From a virus (lineage: Duplodnaviria > Caudoviricetes): a stretch of 29,244 nt of DNA. The notes below the pieces were generated by a model that was given only the letters and a program-made list of their open reading frames with translations, was not told the origin of the DNA and searched no databases. Of the stretch, positions 19,389-25,727 are shown in pieces. A program made the position numbers and the translations under genes. The DNA is taken from IMG/VR virus record IMGVR_UViG_3300002092_000146, positions 1 through 29,244 of that record. One strand, given 5' to 3'. The first letter of the stretch is position 1, and each line of letters begins with the position of its first letter.

Positions 19389-19734
19389 TCAATTAAATAC
19401 CAATAATACTTTCTCGGAATGGGTGTCAACTACCTCTTATTTGGTAGCTGTTGCTAACAATCTTACTGATGGAGCAAATGGATCAGCATTTATTGCTAAC
19501 AGTCAGATTGATATTTCTGGTGTTAATGCTAGTTTGAATGTGCGTAACAGTGGTGCAGTAAATCAATTATATGCCAACACTGCAAACATTGCGAATGCTA
19601 GTGTTTCCGGCAATTCATATTTAGGTAATTTAGCAGTCACTGGAACATTTACAGGTGCTCCAAACACAGCAATTTATACAACAATTACTGCTGCAATTGA
19701 TGCGGGTATCGCATTTTCAATTGCACTTGGGTAA
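19378..19734 (+). CDS. Short fibre/anchor protein with hydrophobic C-terminal motif (IAFSIALG)
   Basis: 118 aa. The N-terminal NTFSEWVSTT resembles phage fibre attachment motifs. It is Asn/Ala-rich and overlaps the upstream gene. Confidence 0.7.
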   Translation: MAINQLNTNNTFSEWVSTTSYLVAVANNLTDGANGSAFIANSQIDISGVNASLNVRNSGAVNQLYANTANIANASVSGNSYLGNLAVTGTFTGAPNTAIYTTITAAIDAGIAFSIALG

Positions 19735-19740
19735 TAAATA
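19733..19740 (+). promoter_or_regulatory. T4-type late promoter (AATAAATA)
   Basis: 7/8 match at a gene junction, followed by a GAGGA SD and ATG at 19763. Confidence 0.6.
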
Positions 19741-19762
19741 ATTTTAGAAAACAGAGGATTTA

Positions 19763-20089
19763 ATGGCTAATTCGTTTAAGAATAACTTTCTGAAGGCTGC
19801 TGGAACTACAGCACAAAATGCTTATGCTGCTGGTGTTGGTGTTTCTGCAACTGTAATTGGCATGAGTATAGCCAATTTGATTACAACACCAATATCAGCA
19901 AATGTAATTGTTACATCTGGTGGTATTGATTATTACATGATTAAAGGTGCAACAATTGCTCCGGGTGGTGCATTAGTTCCTATTGGTGGAGATCAGAAAT
20001 TGGTGTTGGAAGCGGGTGACTATCTACAGGTAAATACATCTGTAGCATCTTCTGCTGATGTTATTACTTCGATTCTGGAGATCACCTAA
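19763..20089 (+). CDS. Small beta-sandwich 'adapter' virion protein, copy 1
   Basis: 108 aa with the pattern Y....G..A.VIGMSIAN...I.PG..L....KLVLEAGD.L.V...ADVITSILEIT. The pattern is shared with 20774, 22766 and 25344. Confidence 0.75.
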   Translation: MANSFKNNFLKAAGTTAQNAYAAGVGVSATVIGMSIANLITTPISANVIVTSGGIDYYMIKGATIAPGGALVPIGGDQKLVLEAGDYLQVNTSVASSADVITSILEIT

Positions 20090-20760
20090 TGTCATACCTT
20101 GGCAATTCACCTGAATTAAATACCTTTACAATTGGTGTTGAGAAATTTAGTGGTTCTGGTGCTTGTACAGTATATACGTTAACAAGGGACATCGATGATC
20201 CAAACTACATCGATGTTATCGTAGGTGGTGCACAACAAACTCCACGTGATGCGTATACAGTCACAGATGGAGTAATTACATTTACAACTCCGCCAGCATT
20301 AGGTACAAACAATATTGTTGTAGTCTATCGTACAGGAACAACGATAGCATACAATCAGATTTCGCCATCACAATTATTGGCAAACTCTGTAACTGCAACT
20401 GCATTAGCACCGAATGCTGTGGTCAATTCAAAGATAGCACCAAATACAATTACTGGTGATAAACTTGCCGATCATGGATTTATATCTGGTAATAATATAG
20501 GCATTAAAGCCATATCTGGAAATCAAATTGGACTTAATGCAGTATCAGGTAATTTACTTACTACTGGTGCTATTTCTGGTAACAATTTGACACTCAATTC
20601 TATTGGTGCAAACAATATTGTTGTAGGTTCTCTCAGTGGAAATCTACTTCAAACCCAATCTGTAACTGGTAATACATTAGGATTGAATTCAGTTAGTGCG
20701 AATAATTTGAGCATGGAAGCAAGAAATTTCGATGACATGTTTTTACTCGGTGGAATGTAA
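20089..20760 (+). CDS. Short tail-fibre-like protein with decapeptide repeats, copy 1
   Basis: 223 aa: MSYLGNSP leader, an FSGSG...ITFTTPP..GTNNIV domain, about 11 repeats of ~10 aa (e.g. IGLNAVSGNL, LTTGAISGNN), and a C-terminal DMFLLGGM. Confidence 0.75.
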   Translation: MSYLGNSPELNTFTIGVEKFSGSGACTVYTLTRDIDDPNYIDVIVGGAQQTPRDAYTVTDGVITFTTPPALGTNNIVVVYRTGTTIAYNQISPSQLLANSVTATALAPNAVVNSKIAPNTITGDKLADHGFISGNNIGIKAISGNQIGLNAVSGNLLTTGAISGNNLTLNSIGANNIVVGSLSGNLLQTQSVTGNTLGLNSVSANNLSMEARNFDDMFLLGGM

Positions 20761-20773
20761 AGGAAAATAAAAA

Positions 20774-21112
20774 ATGCCAAGAGCATATAGAATTTTAGGA
20801 CAAAAGAATCCAAGTTCAGCAGTTTTAACTACGGTATACACAGTACCCGCAGCAACCGATGCGGTTGTATCGTCTATTGTATTGACTAACACAAGCGGTT
20901 CCGTTGGTACGGGTGTTGCTGCTAGGGTTGCAGTTAATACATCAACTGCTGCTGTTACAACCGCAAACTACATAGCATATGATGTTAATGTTCCGGGTTG
21001 CGATACTGTGACTCTAACACTCGGTTTAACAATGAATGCTGGTTCTAATTTATCAGTATACGCAAATTCAACTTCATTAGCCATTTCGGTTTTTGGTACA
21101 GAAATAACTTAA
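20774..21112 (+). CDS. Small 'adapter' virion protein, copy 2
   Basis: 112 aa with an AAGGA SD. It has 56/112 identities (manual ungapped count) with 22766..23104. Confidence 0.78.
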   Translation: MPRAYRILGQKNPSSAVLTTVYTVPAATDAVVSSIVLTNTSGSVGTGVAARVAVNTSTAAVTTANYIAYDVNVPGCDTVTLTLGLTMNAGSNLSVYANSTSLAISVFGTEIT

Positions 21113-21118
21113 TAGATT

Positions 21119-22753
21119 ATGACAACACGCTCCACCACACGAACTATTAATTCTTATAGATTTACAAGTAACGATAAGGTTGCGTCAAATTTAACTAAAC
21201 GCAAATCTATTATTGGTGCTATTCAGGGTTTTGGTAAACCAGAATTCAGTTTACAGTATCTTGTCGTTGGTGGGGGTGGTGCTGGTGGTTCATCTGGTGG
21301 TGGTGGTGGCGGTGGTGGTGGTATTGTGACAGGAACATTGGGATTTACTAACAATCCACTGTACTCAGGATTTTCTGCGACTGCTTCTCTTTATTATCAG
21401 CGTTCTCCTGGTACAGGTCGATGTGAAATGCAAGTTACAGCAGTCGGTTCAGGTTATATACAAGCAGGATCAGTAATTGATATACCAGGCGTTTCTACTA
21501 ATATGCCTGTTATTGTTGTTGACCAACGAAGTGGTACCGCAGGTGGTGTAGGTAATTATTCTGTCTCAACAGTATTAACTTCACCAACTGCTCCCGGAGC
21601 AACTTCGGAACCAACCGTATCACCTCCAGCATTTTCCATGACACCTCGTACTGTTACAGGAACTTCAGGTATTTCTTATAACACTCCTATAGGTGTTACG
21701 ATTGGTGGTGGTGGTGGTGGACGAACAGATGCAATAGGTAATTTAGGTTCTGCTTCTGGATTTGGATTTATTACTGCTCACGGTGGCGGTGGTGGTGGTT
21801 CTGCTGGTCTACCAAGTAACACGGATGCAAGGGGTGCGGGTTCTGCAACTTCGGTTGCTACTGGTGGTGGACAAGGTGCATTTAAAGGATGGACACCAAG
21901 TGCGCCTTATAATTTTGTTGCAGGTAGTGTTCAAGGTGGATATGGCGGTGTATCGTGGCGTCCAGGTGCCGATACCGATGTCAGAATGGGTGGACCAGGA
22001 AACAAAGCACCAGATTCCTCCTTTCCCGGCTATCCTGGACCAACAAATACAACAGAATATGCAGCAATGCCGTTTAATTTAAGAGGTTACGGTGGTGGTG
22101 GTGGGGGAGCGGCAGGTCAGGACACACCTTCTTCACCTGATGGTAATTCACGGGGCGGTGAAGGTGGACCTGGTTACAATTGGCCCTATAATGGTGTGAG
22201 ATACGGTTCTGGTGGAGGTGGAGCATCATATCAACCAACAAATGGTCCAAACATTGGCGGTGGTGATGAAGCAGGATATGGTTGTGTATACAACGGCGGC
22301 GATGAAATGTTCAATGGTGGAACTGCACCGTCAGGAGCACCATTACCCCCATATGGTGGGAAAGCAGGTTATGGTGGTGCATCAGGTGATGACCAATCTG
22401 TAACTGCGAAAAAGAATCGTGGTGGTGGCGGTGGTGGAAGATTTAATGGTGGTTCGTACTTCAGTTACCCGCCCAATTACCAAGGGGGTGTTCCTTCACC
22501 GTATCCTGGTGGTCTTGGTGGTGCTTCTATTTGGCCAGCAGACTATGCTAATCCTGGTTCACCGACATGGAGAGGACGCAACTCTGGATCAGAAGGTGGT
22601 TCAGGCGGTTCAGGAATTGTCATCATACGTTATCCAGCAGTGTTCGGTAATGTATCAAACTCAGGTTCACCAGACGTATCAGTTACACCTACAGGATTTA
22701 TTCATTATACGTTTACTGGAAGTGGTTCAATTACATTCGATTACAATCCATAA
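21119..22753 (+). CDS. Polyglycine-rich putative adhesin / receptor-binding protein
   Basis: 544 aa with a YLVVGGGGAGG...GGSGGSGIVIIRYP...YTFTGSGSITF frame. The multiple Gly tracts separated by variable loops resemble polyglycine-II sandwich adhesins (gp38 of T2/S16). Confidence 0.72.
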   Translation: MTTRSTTRTINSYRFTSNDKVASNLTKRKSIIGAIQGFGKPEFSLQYLVVGGGGAGGSSGGGGGGGGGIVTGTLGFTNNPLYSGFSATASLYYQRSPGTGRCEMQVTAVGSGYIQAGSVIDIPGVSTNMPVIVVDQRSGTAGGVGNYSVSTVLTSPTAPGATSEPTVSPPAFSMTPRTVTGTSGISYNTPIGVTIGGGGGGRTDAIGNLGSASGFGFITAHGGGGGGSAGLPSNTDARGAGSATSVATGGGQGAFKGWTPSAPYNFVAGSVQGGYGGVSWRPGADTDVRMGGPGNKAPDSSFPGYPGPTNTTEYAAMPFNLRGYGGGGGGAAGQDTPSSPDGNSRGGEGGPGYNWPYNGVRYGSGGGGASYQPTNGPNIGGGDEAGYGCVYNGGDEMFNGGTAPSGAPLPPYGGKAGYGGASGDDQSVTAKKNRGGGGGGRFNGGSYFSYPPNYQGGVPSPYPGGLGGASIWPADYANPGSPTWRGRNSGSEGGSGGSGIVIIRYPAVFGNVSNSGSPDVSVTPTGFIHYTFTGSGSITFDYNP

Positions 22754-22765
22754 AGAAAAACAAAA

Positions 22766-23104
22766 ATGGCAAGAGCATACAAAATTTTAGGTCAACAAAG
22801 TTCAACAGCAAATATTCTGACGAACTTGTATACCGTACCAGCAGGTAACTCTGCAATCATCTCATCGATTACTATTGCTAACTTAGATGAGAATGCAGCA
22901 AACGGTGCAGCATTTAGAATTGCTGCAAACACTTCTGGTTCTCCTATTGCTAATGGTAACTATCTTGCCTATGGTATCAATGTGCCAGGTCGTGATGCAA
23001 TTACATTGACATTGGGTATTACTCTTGCCGCAGGTTCACAAATATCAGTAAACGCTAACACATCTCTTCTAGCATTTTCAGCATTTGGTACTGAAGTCTA
23101 CTAA
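22766..23104 (+). CDS. Small 'adapter' virion protein, copy 3
   Basis: 112-aa paralogue of 20774..21112 (MARAYKILGQ...FGTEVY). Confidence 0.78.
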   Translation: MARAYKILGQQSSTANILTNLYTVPAGNSAIISSITIANLDENAANGAAFRIAANTSGSPIANGNYLAYGINVPGRDAITLTLGITLAAGSQISVNANTSLLAFSAFGTEVY

Positions 23105-23253
23105 TGGCACTCAATAGAATAGCACTCAACAAAGTTTCACTTAAACGCATGACCGTGCCAGGTACTGGTGGCGGCGGTGGTGGAGGTGGAGGTTTCCCTG
23201 CTGGTGCCGGTGGTTCCGGTGGTTCTGGAATTGTGATCCTAACATGGACATAA
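23104..23253 (+). pseudogene. 49-aa internally deleted remnant (or mini form) of a polyglycine-rich adhesin
   Basis: Below the ORF-track cutoff and TAATG-coupled to the adapter. It reads MALNRIALNKVSLKRMTVPGTGGGGGGGGGFPAGAGGSGGSGIVILTWT*, and its last 29 aa match the terminal motif of every Gly-rich domain in the window. Confidence 0.7.
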
Positions 23254-23256
23254 ATA
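23249..23256 (+). promoter_or_regulatory. T4-type late promoter (CATAAATA)
   Basis: 7/8 match overlapping the remnant's stop codon, with an AGGAG SD and ATG at 23287 downstream. Confidence 0.6.
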
Positions 23257-23286
23257 CTGAGTATAACTTTTTATAGGAGTGATTGA

Positions 23287-23700
23287 ATGAATAACAAAGA
23301 AATTGAATATGCACACTTTTTAATTGGTAGTAGCAATAAATTAGTTTGTGGCATTGATACGGCAATTAAAGCATTACGTCCAACGGCACGTTACGATATG
23401 TCTGCATCAGGTGGACATTTTGAGTTCACACGTTGGGAAGATGATGCTAATACCAAACCGCCAACTAGAAACGAAATTATGGCAGAGTTGGAATATCAGA
23501 ATAAGTTTATTGAGCATCATCAATACTTTTTAGATCGTGCATCAAACTATCCTGATATTACAGTTCTTGTAAATTCCCTTTGGGAAGCAATGGACAATAG
23601 TGAGATACCGGGTAAAGGAACAAAGTTCTATAACATGATCAAAGAAGTGAACGATGCGTTCCCTAAGCCTGAAGGTGATGCACCAGTAAGACCAGAATAA
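23287..23700 (+). CDS. Putative tail-fibre assembly chaperone-like protein
   Basis: 137 aa, charged, with AI.ALRP.A...W......PT..EI and Y...R...YP.I......LW......F...I..V...FPKP patterns. These resemble small proteins encoded next to phage fibre genes; function is inferred. Confidence 0.6.
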   Translation: MNNKEIEYAHFLIGSSNKLVCGIDTAIKALRPTARYDMSASGGHFEFTRWEDDANTKPPTRNEIMAELEYQNKFIEHHQYFLDRASNYPDITVLVNSLWEAMDNSEIPGKGTKFYNMIKEVNDAFPKPEGDAPVRPE

Positions 23701-23711
23701 TAGGAAAATAA

Positions 23712-24548
23712 ATGGCATACATTGGCAATCAAGTTTCATCAGTACCTTTTATTATAGACACGTTTAGTGGCACAGGTTCTGCATCTGTATTTGGACAGTT
23801 AACCCGTGCTCCAGCATCTGTAGCATCTATTGCGGTATTCATCTCAGGTGTCTATAAAGTACCAGGTGTCGATTATACACTCAGTGGTGATCTGATATTG
23901 TTCACTACACCTCCGGGTGCAGGTACAAACAATATCGTTATTCATCACATGGGTAACGGTTCAGCAACATCTGTACCTTCTGATGGTTCTGTTACTGGTG
24001 CCAAACTTGCTTCCAATGCTATTCGTTCTAATAATATTGTTGCAGGTCAGATCACAGGTAACTTGATTGGTACTGGTGCTATCTCTGCCAACAACTTTGC
24101 TGGTGGTGGTATTACATCAAATGTTCTCGCATCAAATCTTTCTATTTCATTGACACGTGCATTAGAATCTGCGAATATAAATGTTATTGCGCCGAATGGT
24201 AATGTGAATATCGATATTGCAAATAATGTTGTTTACTACTTCAATGCGAATAGCACAGCAAATATCACATTCAATCTTCGTGCTAATACAACAAACACTT
24301 TTGATTCGGTCACAACTATTGGCCAATCTGCAACAGTTGCGATGATTGTACGACATGGTGCAACAAGACATACTGCCAATTTACATATTGATGGAACATT
24401 ACAAACTGTTTTATATCTTGCAAATACACGACCAAATTATCAGACTATTACAAATCAAGAGACAAACATTTATGGTTATACTGTGTTGAAAACTGCTGCA
24501 AACACATATGCTGTCTTTGCATCCAACTCGTTATTTGCGTTAGGATAA
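23712..24548 (+). CDS. Short tail-fibre-like protein with decapeptide repeats, copy 2
   Basis: 278 aa. The N-terminal ~130 aa are paralogous to 20089 (MAYIGNQ, FSGTG, FTTPPGAGTNNIV, GAISANN; shared 15-mer AGGTACAAACAATAT at 20301 and 23921). The C-terminal beta domain, ending YGYTVLKTAANTYAVFAS, is different. Confidence 0.75.
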   Translation: MAYIGNQVSSVPFIIDTFSGTGSASVFGQLTRAPASVASIAVFISGVYKVPGVDYTLSGDLILFTTPPGAGTNNIVIHHMGNGSATSVPSDGSVTGAKLASNAIRSNNIVAGQITGNLIGTGAISANNFAGGGITSNVLASNLSISLTRALESANINVIAPNGNVNIDIANNVVYYFNANSTANITFNLRANTTNTFDSVTTIGQSATVAMIVRHGATRHTANLHIDGTLQTVLYLANTRPNYQTITNQETNIYGYTVLKTAANTYAVFASNSLFALG

Positions 24549-24549
24549 A

Positions 24550-25320
24550 ATGCCTATCATTGGTTCATTAGGAAATGCTAGTGCTTCTGTATTTGGAATA
24601 GGAAAAAGTGTTCGTCCAAAACTTATTAATACAGCAGCGATTGACTATTTGATTGTTGCTGGTGGAGGTGGTGGGGGATTTTCAATCGGTTCAACTTGGG
24701 GGGGCGGAGGTGGTGCTGGAGGTTATCGTGAAGGAACTGGTTATCCAGTTTCAAAAGAAACTTATACAGTAATAGTTGGTGGAGGTGGATCAAGTGCATC
24801 TAACGGTTCAAATTCGGGAATTTGGAATACAACAACATCATTTTGGTCTGCTGGTGGTGGCAGTGGTGGAACTACTGTAGGTGACATCAATGGTTGGTCC
24901 GGTGGTTCCGGCGGCGGCGGTGGTTCTGGTAATAACGGTGGTGTTGGTGGTTTAGGAACACCAGGTCAAGGTAATAATGGTGCCAATGGTGGTGGCGGCG
25001 GTGCTGGCGGTGGTGGGGGTGGGGGTGCTGGTGCAGTTGGCACTTTTGGTACAGGTGGAGTTGGATTAACACCTACATTATTTGGGGGCAGTATGAAAGC
25101 ACGTGGTGGCAGTGTTGCTCCTGGTGCTGTCAATGGCGGTAATAATACAGGAAATGGCGGTGGTGGTTCTTTGGGAGCATCTGGAGGAACTGGTGGTTCG
25201 GGAATTATTATTATTCGAACTTTAATCATAAACACTAATGCATCAACAACAGGTATATACACCGAAGATTCTAATTATAGATATTTTACATTTAATGCAT
25301 CGGGAACAATAACATTCTAA
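24550..25320 (+). CDS. Polyglycine-rich putative adhesin (single domain)
   Basis: 256 aa: MPIIGSLG leader, then IDYLIVAGGGGG...GGTGGSGIIIIR...YFTFNASGTITF. Confidence 0.72.
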   Translation: MPIIGSLGNASASVFGIGKSVRPKLINTAAIDYLIVAGGGGGGFSIGSTWGGGGGAGGYREGTGYPVSKETYTVIVGGGGSSASNGSNSGIWNTTTSFWSAGGGSGGTTVGDINGWSGGSGGGGGSGNNGGVGGLGTPGQGNNGANGGGGGAGGGGGGGAGAVGTFGTGGVGLTPTLFGGSMKARGGSVAPGAVNGGNNTGNGGGGSLGASGGTGGSGIIIIRTLIINTNASTTGIYTEDSNYRYFTFNASGTITF

Positions 25321-25343
25321 AGATTTATCGGAGAAAAAAATAA

Positions 25344-25727
25344 ATGGCAGCACCTAATATAGTCGGAGTAACTACAATTCGTGGCAAATCAAATGTCGCT
25401 AACCTTACTACGACCTCATCTTCTGTTATTGTCAATGATGTGAACTCTGGTAAAGTATTCAAAATCAATACGATTATGATTTCGAATGTTGATGGTACAG
25501 CAGCAGGTAATGTCTCAGTAGAATTATTCAAGTTTGGTTCACAAAATACTTCAACAGGATTGGGAAATGCAACATATGCTATTGCCAATACTATGACTGT
25601 ACCCGCAAAATCTTCTTTAGATGTTCTTTCTAAATCACTCTATCTTGAAGAGGGTGATCAACTCAAAGCAAAAGCAGATTCAAATAATCGTCTGCATCTT
25701 ATCACATCATTTGAAGAGATAAGTTAA
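25344..25727 (+). CDS. Small 'adapter' virion protein, copy 4
   Basis: 127 aa with a GGAG SD and MAAPNIV...KINTIMISNVDG...VPAKSSL...LYLEEGD.L......LHLITSFEEIS, the same pattern as 19763. Confidence 0.78.
   Translation: MAAPNIVGVTTIRGKSNVANLTTTSSSVIVNDVNSGKVFKINTIMISNVDGTAAGNVSVELFKFGSQNTSTGLGNATYAIANTMTVPAKSSLDVLSKSLYLEEGDQLKAKADSNNRLHLITSFEEIS

Noticed and set aside
23141-23365. 74-aa minus-strand ORF filling the gap after adapter 3
   Set aside because: The plus-strand 49-aa ORF at 23104 explains the gap better (TAATG coupling, family motif). The minus ORF also overlaps the 137-aa gene.
24698-24704. G7 homopolymer in the 256-aa Gly-rich gene as a phase-variation tract
   Set aside because: It is short, arises from Trp-Gly-Gly codons, and the gene is in frame. 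There is no evidence of length variation without reads.
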